DNA from: Pseudoalteromonas tetraodonis
Lineage (GTDB): Bacteria; Pseudomonadota; Gammaproteobacteria; Enterobacterales; Alteromonadaceae
Direction: 5' to 3'
Length of the DNA stretch: 32,000 nucleotides
Assembly (NCBI RefSeq): GCF_002310835.1
Contig: NZ_CP011041.1
Span: 2,250,001 to 2,282,000 of the forward strand
The position numbers and the translations under genes were made by a program. Under the pieces are notes generated by a model. That model saw only the letters and a list, made by a program, of their open reading frames with translations, searched no databases and was not told the origin of the DNA. Position 1 is the stretch's first letter. Each line of letters starts with the position of its first letter. This document shows, piece after piece, positions 9,768-17,547 of this stretch.

Positions 9768-10543
9768 TGTTTGAACTTGCACTCGACCCAACAACTTGGG
9801 CTATTTTATGTGGCGTTGCACTTTTAGCTGGCTTTATTGATGCTATTGCTGGCGGCGGTGGATTACTCACTGTACCAGCACTGTTAACGGCAGGATTACC
9901 TCCTCATTTAACGCTTGGCACTAATAAATTGGCCGCCAGTTTTGGCTCGTTAACGGCCAGTATCACCTATTATAAAAAACAACTATTTAACCCACGATTT
10001 TGGTTTGCTTCTATTATGGCTACCGCCATAGGTGCTTTGTTAGGCACACTTATTGTTGATCATTTAAGTATCGAGTTTTTAAATAAGCTCTTACCCATTA
10101 TTATTATTTTAGTGGCTTGCTACAGCTTGTTTGGTAATTTAAGTACCACACAAAGTGATGATCTGCCTAAATTAACCCGCACAATAAAAGTAAAACAGTG
10201 GCTACAAGGATTAAGCCTAGGTTTTTTTGATGGTTTAGCTGGGCCTGGAACGGGAACTTTTTGGACTGCCTCAAACGGTATGCTTTATAAAATGAGTTTG
10301 CTACTCAATTGTGGTTTGGCGCGTTCAATGAATTTTGTTTCTAACTTCATCTCTCTGATCACCTTTGTTGCACTTGGCCATGTTAACTTTTTACTGGGAA
10401 TTACAATGGGCTTCTTTATCATGCTTGGTGCATGGTTTGGCGCACATTCAGCTATTCGTTTTGGCAGTAAATTTATTCGCCCAGTATTTAATACTATGGT
10501 TATACTTTTAGCGTTAAAACTAATTTACGAGGCATACTTTTAA
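9767..10543 (+). CDS. TSUP family (TauE/SafE, YfcA-like) inner membrane transporter
   Basis: 258 aa and polytopic. It has the Gly-rich signature AIAGGGGLLTVPALL and an internal duplication typical of TSUP proteins. Its ATG overlaps the dinG stop (TGATG at 9765-9769). Confidence 0.8.
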   Translation: MFELALDPTTWAILCGVALLAGFIDAIAGGGGLLTVPALLTAGLPPHLTLGTNKLAASFGSLTASITYYKKQLFNPRFWFASIMATAIGALLGTLIVDHLSIEFLNKLLPIIIILVACYSLFGNLSTTQSDDLPKLTRTIKVKQWLQGLSLGFFDGLAGPGTGTFWTASNGMLYKMSLLLNCGLARSMNFVSNFISLITFVALGHVNFLLGITMGFFIMLGAWFGAHSAIRFGSKFIRPVFNTMVILLALKLIYEAYF

Positions 10544-10544
10544 G

Positions 10545-11153
10545 ATGCAATCTGCTGCTTTAGACAAACTACGCCAACAAGTTGCTACGCTTAAGCAACA
10601 AGCTGAGCAATTTGATAAAGCAAAATTATTTGCTAAAAATCGTTATATGCAGGCACAGCCAAGCTTATTTGACAGAGCCGTATTTAGCACCAAAAGCATG
10701 AACTTGGTTGATTACGTAGTAGAAATAGAAGATGAAATAGCCAGCCTACCACCGAGCGATCACCGCCATGCCTACACTTACGCACTTGAGCGCATTGCTA
10801 GTCAGGTACAAGCGGTCTTTAATGTAATTAAATCGACCCCTATTTGGGTGAAAGAAAACAAAAGTCATTATAAGCCTCGTGCCAAACAGCCTATTTACAA
10901 ACAAGCAGTGCAAAAAATCATGCAATCATCCCATGAGTTATATGATGAGCTTAAACAAAACCATGAGTTTGAACGCCGCCTAGTACTGATGATTGAAGAG
11001 CGTAAGTTACAAATGGAAAAAGCATCACCTGCGCAAACACAAAAACTTAATCAAGAAATTTTAACCACTCATGCACGACTCGGGCGTTGTAGAAAAGCAA
11101 TTTCTGCCACCGAAGACAAAATTCAACAAGTAGAAAAACAACAGTTACGCTAA
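10545..11153 (+). CDS. priC: Primosomal replication restart protein PriC (N'')
   Basis: 202 aa, helical and basic. Segments match E. coli PriC as I recall it: LDKLRQQVATLKQQ vs LEKLEGQLATLRQR, NHEFERRLVLMIEERK vs HQDFERRLREMVAERR, and ARLGRCRKAISATEDKI vs ARLARCRHALEKIENRL. ybaM lies nearby, as I recall it does in E. coli. Confidence 0.7.
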   Translation: MQSAALDKLRQQVATLKQQAEQFDKAKLFAKNRYMQAQPSLFDRAVFSTKSMNLVDYVVEIEDEIASLPPSDHRHAYTYALERIASQVQAVFNVIKSTPIWVKENKSHYKPRAKQPIYKQAVQKIMQSSHELYDELKQNHEFERRLVLMIEERKLQMEKASPAQTQKLNQEILTTHARLGRCRKAISATEDKIQQVEKQQLR

Positions 11154-12040
11154 TGCAGCTTTATTATCACCATCTGTACTCGCAATTAGAGTTACCTGAA
11201 CGCCATCGCTTTCCAATTAAAAAGTATCAGCAGCTCAAGCATGAAGTTGAATTTTTAGGCTACACCCAGTTTATATCGCCTTCGCCAGCAACAACAGCGC
11301 AATTGAAATTGTGTCATAGCTCAGAGTACATCGCTGATTTTTTAAATGGCTCGTTAACTGACCAAGCAGTTAAAAAAATGGGATTTCCGCACTCACCTGA
11401 ACTTGTTGAGCGAACCCTTTACTCTGTTGGTGCTAGCATTCAAGCCGCTGAAAGTGCAATTAAAAGTGGTTTAGCGGCTAATTTAAGTGGCGGTTATCAT
11501 CATGCTTACAGCAATTACGGCAGTGGCTTTTGTATTTTTAATGATTTAGCCATTGCTGCAGCCCACCTTATTGCAACGGAGCAAGCCGACACCGTATTAA
11601 TATTTGATTGTGACGTGCATCAAGGTGACGGCACAGCACAAATAACCCAACAGCACGAGCAGATAATTAGTTGTTCAATTCACTGTGAACAAAACTTTCC
11701 TCGGCAAAAACAGCACTCAAACTACGACTTTGGCTTACCTGCAAACATCACAGATGCAGAGTATTTAACAACACTAGAGCAAGCTCTTGAGTTATGTGTT
11801 CGCCTCCACCAGCCCGATATTATTTTATATAATGCGGGCGCCGATATTTATACCAAAGACGAACTTGGCTTATTTGATGTTTCTTTGGCTGGCGTATACG
11901 CGCGTGACTTTGCCGTTCTTAACTTTTGTAAGCAGCGAAACATCCCGCTTATGTGCGCTTTAGGTGGTGGTTATCAGCGTAACATCAATGATTTAGTCAG
12001 TGTCCATAAACAACTATTTAAAGCGGCTCTCGATTTATAA
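11153..12040 (+). CDS. Histone deacetylase family (HDAC11-like, class IV) zinc amidohydrolase
   Basis: 295 aa. Motifs: HRFPIKKY, SGGYHHA, GFCIFNDLAIAA, DCDVHQGDGT, YNAGADIY..DELG, GGGYQR. Its ATG overlaps the priC stop (TAATG at 11151-11155). Confidence 0.85.
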   Translation: MQLYYHHLYSQLELPERHRFPIKKYQQLKHEVEFLGYTQFISPSPATTAQLKLCHSSEYIADFLNGSLTDQAVKKMGFPHSPELVERTLYSVGASIQAAESAIKSGLAANLSGGYHHAYSNYGSGFCIFNDLAIAAAHLIATEQADTVLIFDCDVHQGDGTAQITQQHEQIISCSIHCEQNFPRQKQHSNYDFGLPANITDAEYLTTLEQALELCVRLHQPDIILYNAGADIYTKDELGLFDVSLAGVYARDFAVLNFCKQRNIPLMCALGGGYQRNINDLVSVHKQLFKAALDL

Positions 12041-12090
12041 CAATCCTTGGTATAGACTCATTAAAGACAATAACAAAGAGTGACTGGAAT

Positions 12091-12363
12091 ATGCGATTAG
12101 ATGACGACATACATAATTTTTACGAAAAACTCGTTTTAGAAGAAATAGAAAAACGTAAACTTAATGAACGTTACAACGACGATGTAATGGCTGACTTTTG
12201 CTGTACCGTGCTCAATCAGTTACCACCTCGCTATATTCGATACGATGTAGACATGGCGTTTTATCTAACCCAAACAGATCGTATGGATATGGAACAACGC
12301 GTTGAACTTGCCATTAACTTTGCGATTGATCAGATTGCTAAAAAGAAAGATATTAATGAGTAA
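12091..12363 (+). CDS. ComFB-family (late competence development ComFB-like) small protein
   Basis: 90 aa. The pattern [11 protein letters not shown]...[17 protein letters not shown] fits the ComFB signature (..C.ALN.LPP.Y..) as I remember it. An AAGAG RBS lies upstream. Confidence 0.6.
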   Translation: MRLDDDIHNFYEKLVLEEIEKRKLNERYNDDVMADFCCTVLNQLPPRYIRYDVDMAFYLTQTDRMDMEQRVELAINFAIDQIAKKKDINE

Positions 12364-12508
12364 CCCGCTAGAAGACGCCCCTACACACATAAAACTGGCT
12401 GTTGATTTAATTATGATATTAGAGCAACACGACGTAGAGCCCGAAGAAGTATTAAAAGCGCTCGATATCGTAAAAAGTGACTTTGAGAAAAAGCTAGTTA
12501 GTAACTAG
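12356..12508 (+). CDS. ybaM: YbaM family small protein (DUF2496)
   Basis: I trimmed the start to ATG 12356, which overlaps the comFB-like stop (ATGAGTAA). The 50-aa product [50 protein letters not shown] closely resembles E. coli YbaM as I recall it ([22 protein letters not shown]...LRALDIVKRDYEKKL). Confidence 0.7.
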   Translation: MSNPLEDAPTHIKLAVDLIMILEQHDVEPEEVLKALDIVKSDFEKKLVSN

Positions 12509-12510
12509 CT

Positions 12511-13038
12511 TTATTCTATTGTTTGTATTTCATGAACGGTGACAACACCATCGTGTTTATTACAATCAATTTTAATTTCGCCGAATGTGCGCCTAGGTGA
12601 TGTTGACCTACGGCAGGTCATGTTTTGAGCTTTAACACCAAACTGCTCAATATAAACGGCAACAATTGCATCTATTTCTTGCTTCTCGTGTGTTGTCGCA
12701 GCAGTATAAAAAGTATCATATTGTTGTGACCAATTTTCAACGCCTGCTTCTGCAGCAACACCCAACCACCCCATACCAAGCTTAGTTGATTGCTCTAAAT
12801 ATTGCCCTTTTAAAAACATAAACGCTAGGGTGTATTGTGCACTTTTATAGCCCAATGCAGCGGGCTCTTCTAAATAGTTAAAAGCCTCTTCAAACTCCCC
12901 TTTTCTGTATGCCTTAACACCATTATATTCTTTTTTCTTCATGGTATTATCGCTGTAAAGACTTATTGGTGACGAATTACAGCCAGTTATTAAAGCCATC
13001 AATACCAGCAAAGTGGCACTCAATTGTCGATGATTCAT
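12511..13038 (-). CDS. Sel1-repeat (TPR-like) lipoprotein
   Basis: I trimmed the start to ATG 13038, which has an AAGGA RBS 5 nt upstream. The lipoprotein signal is MNHRQLSATLLVLMALITG|C. Sel1-like repeats are present (GEFEEAFNYLEEPAALGYKSAQYTLAFMFLKGQ..GMGWLGVAAEAG). Confidence 0.7.
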   Translation of the reverse strand: MNHRQLSATLLVLMALITGCNSSPISLYSDNTMKKKEYNGVKAYRKGEFEEAFNYLEEPAALGYKSAQYTLAFMFLKGQYLEQSTKLGMGWLGVAAEAGVENWSQQYDTFYTAATTHEKQEIDAIVAVYIEQFGVKAQNMTCRRSTSPRRTFGEIKIDCNKHDGVVTVHEIQTIE

Positions 13039-13278
13039 TATTATCCTTAATTTATTATTGTTTTTGCCCAGAAACATACACCACTTTTAAAGCATCTGCC
13101 CTAAAACCTGTTAACATAAATTTAATATTATCATGGGATTGCAAAGCTTACAGCGATTATTTTTATAAGCGCAGTTTTAATCGCCCATTAAAAATAGATA
13201 AACCTATTTTTTAATACCCTGTATTTATACATAAGGTACTTTACTTTACGCACAATGCATTTAACTGACGTAAATCTA

Positions 13279-15435
13279 TCACTGACTGTCCGTTTGCTGA
13301 ACCAGTAATAATAACTGCGCGGCCGCTTTGGCATCGTCTAATGCACGGTGATGATTGGTTAAGTCTAAATTAAAGTGTGCCGATAAATTACCGAGTGAGT
13401 ATGACTTTAATCCCTTAAATGCTTTGCGTGATTCAACGACTGTACACAGTTTCGGCATTTTAAAATTAATCCCTATCCTCTCAAGCTCTTTTTTAATAAA
13501 TCCATAATCAAAATTAACATTATGCGCCACAAAAATACTGCCTGATAATTGATTCAGTAACGGCGCTGCAATCTCGCTAAATATGGGCGCATTGCTTACC
13601 ATGGCATCGTTAATGCCTGTAAGCGAGGTAATAAAACGCGGGATGGGACGCTCTGGGTTTATCAATGTGGTCCATGTATCAACTATTTCGCCCTGCTTTA
13701 TTTTAACAATACCAATTTCGGTAATGCGGTTACCGCCTTTGAGGCCTCCTGTAGTTTCAATATCAACTACACTATAAATACGGTTAGGGTCTACATACCA
13801 CTTCACCGCTGCAATATTGACTTTAAAACCACTGTTTTTTAAATTATCGATGCTCACTAGCTGGTTTCTTTTAAGCTTGTCTCCGGGCGCTTTTACCTCT
13901 TCAAAATGAACTGCGCTGTTATCAACAATCATTAAATCGGGGTAACCATCTTTTAATTGTCGATAGTTTTTTGCCATGTTTTTTAAATGGCTTAATAGCG
14001 CATTTATCGGGCTGTTTAAAATAAGCATCTCTAATGGCTTTAATACATCTTTGTGCCATCTAAATAAGCCATTTGGTTGCTCATAATACTTCGCTGCATG
14101 GTGACACACTAAACGCAGCAATTTGGAGGTACTATTACACGCAGCCAGCCGCGCTTCTATTTGTGAGGATTGATTTAAGTAAAAGGAGTCTGTTTTTAAC
14201 GCTTGCGGGAAAATATCAAATTCATTGCAGGGGGGGGTTGGGGTTTCAATAAAAAGTTCCTGCCAAAAAACCAGCGCAAATAAGCTTTGCCACAAGGTAT
14301 TCTCAGTATAAAAAACCTGCTTGCCTTGACGAGTGTAGTGATCACTTACACCTAACTCAACATCGCCACGGTAAAGTTCATCAACTTCTATAATACAGCG
14401 TGTACTGGCTAACATTTCACTAAGCCGTGAGCGTGTTTGCTTGTTAAATTTGCGCATTAAAAAGTCATCCGCAAAGTACAGTAACTCATCGGTGAGCGGA
14501 TTTTCTATAATTTTCTCAAGTTGCGCCTTTACCCATTCTTTATTACCTAAACGGTATTGCTCTCTTATTTGAATTTCTAGTGCGTGCGTATCGTCTTCGC
14601 AGGCATTAAGTACATCAAACGCTAATACAGGGTTAGTTGTTTTTAGTTGCTTATAAAGTATGACCAATAACTTATTCTTTAGCTCTCGAGCTATAACCCC
14701 TACTGCTAATTCATTAATTAATTGTTTTGCTAGCATCTCATTTTCATTGTCATCTTTCGCGTTTTTAACAGCTAACCGAAAACGGTTTAACACATAGTTA
14801 GATTGCGCTTCCTCAATTGAGTCAAAGCGAGACAAACTTTCATTATGCCCTTGCCTAACAGGAGTTACCCCTAAATCTCTTAGTACAAACCGGTTTTGAT
14901 GATTAACATCACCGGCACTGAGCCTGCCAATATACAAAAATTCAAAATACTCGTAATACTCTTCTCTATTATTGATCACGTACTGATTATACAAATGCGA
15001 AAGACGCTCTGGCTTAGATTCAAAAAATGAAATAGCGACTTCAACTAAACAACTTTTAGCAGCACTTTTTTTAAATAATGGTGGCTGCTCTTGTTGAGCT
15101 AACAACTCAATTAAGGCCGGCTTTGTTAGATGACTAAGCAGTTGCTTAGCGTCTGTTTGTGAGGGTTCATATACTAATCCGGCTGTTTTTAAATTAAAAA
15201 GTGACTGATAAGGCGAAATAATCTCTTCATAATTTAATGACTGAGTTTGCACTAAATAAGGCTTACGAGAATAAATTCGTGCTAGCATGCATTGGCTTTG
15301 CTCGTCGAGCGTGTTTATTTTATTAATAAATGTAATGTGCTTTTGCTCAAGTAAATGCATACATTTATCGCTCACAAAGCCTATTAGCTCTTTAAAATGT
15401 GCCAAATAATATTTTGCTGGTAACTCTTTTCTCAT
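13279..15435 (-). CDS. FAN1-like VRR-NUC nuclease fused to a C-terminal DnaQ-type (DEDDh) 3'-5' exonuclease domain
   Basis: The N-terminal region is FAN1-like (..PAKYYLAHFKELIGFV.., then a long helical region). The VRR-NUC PD-(D/E)xK core is GYPDLMIVDNSAVHFEEVKAPGDKLKRNQ. The C-terminal exonuclease motifs are Exo I (VVDIETTGG), Exo II (FVAHNVNFDYGF) and Exo III (HHRALDDA). I chose ATG 15435 as the start. The track's TTG 15447 is the alternative. Confidence 0.8.
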   Translation of the reverse strand: MRKELPAKYYLAHFKELIGFVSDKCMHLLEQKHITFINKINTLDEQSQCMLARIYSRKPYLVQTQSLNYEEIISPYQSLFNLKTAGLVYEPSQTDAKQLLSHLTKPALIELLAQQEQPPLFKKSAAKSCLVEVAISFFESKPERLSHLYNQYVINNREEYYEYFEFLYIGRLSAGDVNHQNRFVLRDLGVTPVRQGHNESLSRFDSIEEAQSNYVLNRFRLAVKNAKDDNENEMLAKQLINELAVGVIARELKNKLLVILYKQLKTTNPVLAFDVLNACEDDTHALEIQIREQYRLGNKEWVKAQLEKIIENPLTDELLYFADDFLMRKFNKQTRSRLSEMLASTRCIIEVDELYRGDVELGVSDHYTRQGKQVFYTENTLWQSLFALVFWQELFIETPTPPCNEFDIFPQALKTDSFYLNQSSQIEARLAACNSTSKLLRLVCHHAAKYYEQPNGLFRWHKDVLKPLEMLILNSPINALLSHLKNMAKNYRQLKDGYPDLMIVDNSAVHFEEVKAPGDKLKRNQLVSIDNLKNSGFKVNIAAVKWYVDPNRIYSVVDIETTGGLKGGNRITEIGIVKIKQGEIVDTWTTLINPERPIPRFITSLTGINDAMVSNAPIFSEIAAPLLNQLSGSIFVAHNVNFDYGFIKKELERIGINFKMPKLCTVVESRKAFKGLKSYSLGNLSAHFNLDLTNHHRALDDAKAAAQLLLLVQQTDSQ
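14230..14237. repeat. G8 homopolymer (C8 on the coding strand) inside the FAN1-like gene
   Basis: Read directly: gca-gggggggg-ttggggttt, encoding ..TPTPPC.. It is the longest G/C homopolymer I saw in this AT-rich window. Confidence 0.9.
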
Positions 15436-15447
15436 AAAAACCGCCAA

Positions 15448-15467
15448 TGCTGTATATAAAAACAGTA
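15448..15467 (-). promoter_or_regulatory. LexA (SOS) box overlapping the promoter of the FAN1-like/exonuclease gene
   Basis: The minus strand reads TACTGTTTTTATATACAGCA. This is a perfect CTGT-N8-ACAG and matches 17/20 to the E. coli consensus TACTGTATATATATACAGTA. It overlaps a sigma70-like promoter, TTGCTA (15491-15486) -16 nt- TATACT (15469-15464). It sits 13 bp upstream of ATG 15435. Confidence 0.75.
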
Positions 15468-15921
15468 TAATTATTTGAGCGCTTTTAGCAACCCAATTAG
15501 GAGTTAATAGCCTTTTAGAATTTAAATTGATTCAATCTCGGGCGCTTTAATTTCAGCGAGGTTTGTTACCTAATAAACTAAGTTAAAACCGAGCACCCTT
15601 TTTATACCCTGCACCTTATCTTCACCTGTGTAGATAGCAGAACCCTTCAAGCAGTGCGTGTTTAACATTAACGAAGCGTTAGTACCTATTTACGGGCATT
15701 CACATGGCAAAAGATCTATTTTGCTTAAAAACCAAACACACTGCTGAAACTTCAATCTCAAAAGATAAACAGACCCTCGCACAACTCAATTAATTTATTT
15801 ATGCATACGTATTACTATTGAAATATCTTTTTTAGCGTGATTACTCTGTGCTAAGGTTGCCCGCAAATTATTAGTGGTACTTTAACTTCATTACACATAA
15901 TAAAAATTAGGATTGAACAAC

Positions 15922-17346
15922 ATGACAACACAGCATGCAACTAAAGGTGAGCAAAGCGCAGCGGCAAAGTGCTCACTTTTATACGTTATTTTTATATCGG
16001 CTGTTGCCGCCATTGGTGGCTTTTTATTTGGTTTTGATTCAGGCGTTATAAACGGCACTGTATCGGCATTAGGTAATACATTTAACTCAAGCAGTGTAGC
16101 AACAGGGTTTAATGTTGCCTCTGTTTTACTTGGTTGTGCGCTGGGTGCTTTAGCTGCTGGCCCATTAGCTGACAAATTTGGCCGTCGCGCTATTATGATT
16201 GTCACTGCACTTATATTTGCTATCAGTGCATTTGGCTCTGGTATTGCTGATAGCTCAGCTGAGTTTATTTTTTACCGCTTATTTGGTGGATTAGGTATAG
16301 GTGCGGCATCTGTTTTAGCGCCGGCTTATATTGCAGAAGTAGCACCTGCCAGCTTACGCGGCCGTTTAGCAACACTGCAGCAGCTTGCTATTGTGCTGGG
16401 TCTGTTTGCTGCCTTTTTAAGTAACTACCTAATTGCTAATGCCGCAGGCGGTGCCGAGGGTATTTTACTGTTAGACTTAGCTGCATGGCGCTGGATGTTT
16501 TGGGCTGAACTGGTTCCTGCAGGCTTATTTTTGATTGGCGTACTTTTTATTCCTGAGTCACCGCGTTACTTAGTCGCACAAGGCAAGCTTAAACACGCTA
16601 AAACTGTATTTAATAAAATCTCAAATGACGATGCTGATACACAAATCAGTGACGTAAAGCAGTCTCTGAAAAGTGATAAAAAACCAAGTATTCGCGACTT
16701 ATATATTGATGGCAGTAAAAAAGTACACCCTATTGTTTGGGTGGGTGTGGCCTTGTCAGTGTTTCAACAATTTGTTGGTATTAACGTGGTATTTTATTAC
16801 GGTTCAGAACTTTGGCAAGCCGCTGGTTTTGATGAATCACAATCACTGTTTATAAACGTGCTTGCGGGTACCACTAATATTTTGTCTACTTTTATTGCCA
16901 TTGCTTTAGTTGATAAAGTGGGACGTAAGCCATTGTTACTGGTAGGTAGTATAGGTATGTTTATTAGTTTAAGTGCACTTACCTACACCTTTGGCAGTGC
17001 AGGCCTTGATGAAGCGGGCAAGTTAGCACTTAGTGAAAATATGGGTACCTTTGCTTTAATAATGGCTAACCTGTTTGTGGTATTTTTTGGTTTAAGCTGG
17101 GGCCCAATTGTGTGGGTACTGCTTGGCGAAATGTTTAATAACCGCATCCGTGGTGCAGCGCTTGCAGTTGCTGCTAGTGCGCAGTGGATAGCTAACTTTG
17201 CTATTACTATGACCTTCCCTATCATGCTAGGTAGTATTGGTTTAGCAGGCGCCTATGGTTTTTACACTCTCTCAGCGTTTATTAGTGTGTTCTTTGTGGT
17301 CAAATACATTAAAGAAACACGCGGCATGAAATTAGAGTCAATGTAA
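15922..17346 (+). CDS. MFS sugar porter family transporter (XylE/GalP-like sugar:H+ symporter)
   Basis: 12-TM MFS protein with sugar-porter signatures (DKFGRR, PESPRYLV, VDKVGRKPLL, GPIVWVLLGEMF, IKETRGMKLE). I trimmed the start to ATG 15922, which has an AGGA 9 nt upstream. The track start is TTG 15913. Confidence 0.9.
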   Translation: MTTQHATKGEQSAAAKCSLLYVIFISAVAAIGGFLFGFDSGVINGTVSALGNTFNSSSVATGFNVASVLLGCALGALAAGPLADKFGRRAIMIVTALIFAISAFGSGIADSSAEFIFYRLFGGLGIGAASVLAPAYIAEVAPASLRGRLATLQQLAIVLGLFAAFLSNYLIANAAGGAEGILLLDLAAWRWMFWAELVPAGLFLIGVLFIPESPRYLVAQGKLKHAKTVFNKISNDDADTQISDVKQSLKSDKKPSIRDLYIDGSKKVHPIVWVGVALSVFQQFVGINVVFYYGSELWQAAGFDESQSLFINVLAGTTNILSTFIAIALVDKVGRKPLLLVGSIGMFISLSALTYTFGSAGLDEAGKLALSENMGTFALIMANLFVVFFGLSWGPIVWVLLGEMFNNRIRGAALAVAASAQWIANFAITMTFPIMLGSIGLAGAYGFYTLSAFISVFFVVKYIKETRGMKLESM

Positions 17347-17354
17347 TTACTTGG

Positions 17355-17400
17355 CTGGAGTAAAATAGCGCTTAATAATGCTGTTTTACTCCAGCGTATT
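17355..17400 (+). terminator. Hairpin downstream of the sugar porter gene (possible terminator)
   Basis: An 11-bp perfect stem (ctggagtaaaa at 17355-17365 pairs with ttttactccag at 17384-17394) has an 18-nt loop. It is followed by cgtattt, which is only a weak U-tract. Confidence 0.45.
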
Positions 17401-17547
17401 TAACCCTCCTTTGTAAGCACTTTCATTACCTGTTCCTCATCCACAAACAATATGCTTTTTTAGTATATATAATCTTTTAAAGTTCTTTTTTGGAATATAA
17501 AAAGTTAGCTATTGTTCACCAACTTTTTCTACTTAATCTCAATTTAA

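Noticed and set aside
12302-12355. Upstream 18-codon extension of the ybaM ORF
   Set aside because: It lies inside the comFB-like gene in another frame. The internal ATG at 12356 gives a product collinear with E. coli YbaM.
14230-14246. Possible G-quadruplex (GGGGGGGGTTGGGG)
   Set aside because: There are only three usable G3 tracts and no fourth run nearby, so it is not a canonical G4 motif.
15704-15793. 29-aa ATG ORF (MAKDLFCLKTKHTAETSISKDKQTLAQLN) in the long intergenic region
   Set aside because: It has no convincing RBS and no recognisable family, and its length is within chance expectation. I mention it only under the intergenic finding.
15891-17225. Short ORFs 15891-16205 (-), 16673-16855 (+) and 16983-17225 (-)
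   Set aside because: All are embedded in, or out of frame with, the well-supported MFS sugar porter gene. They are typical shadow ORFs.
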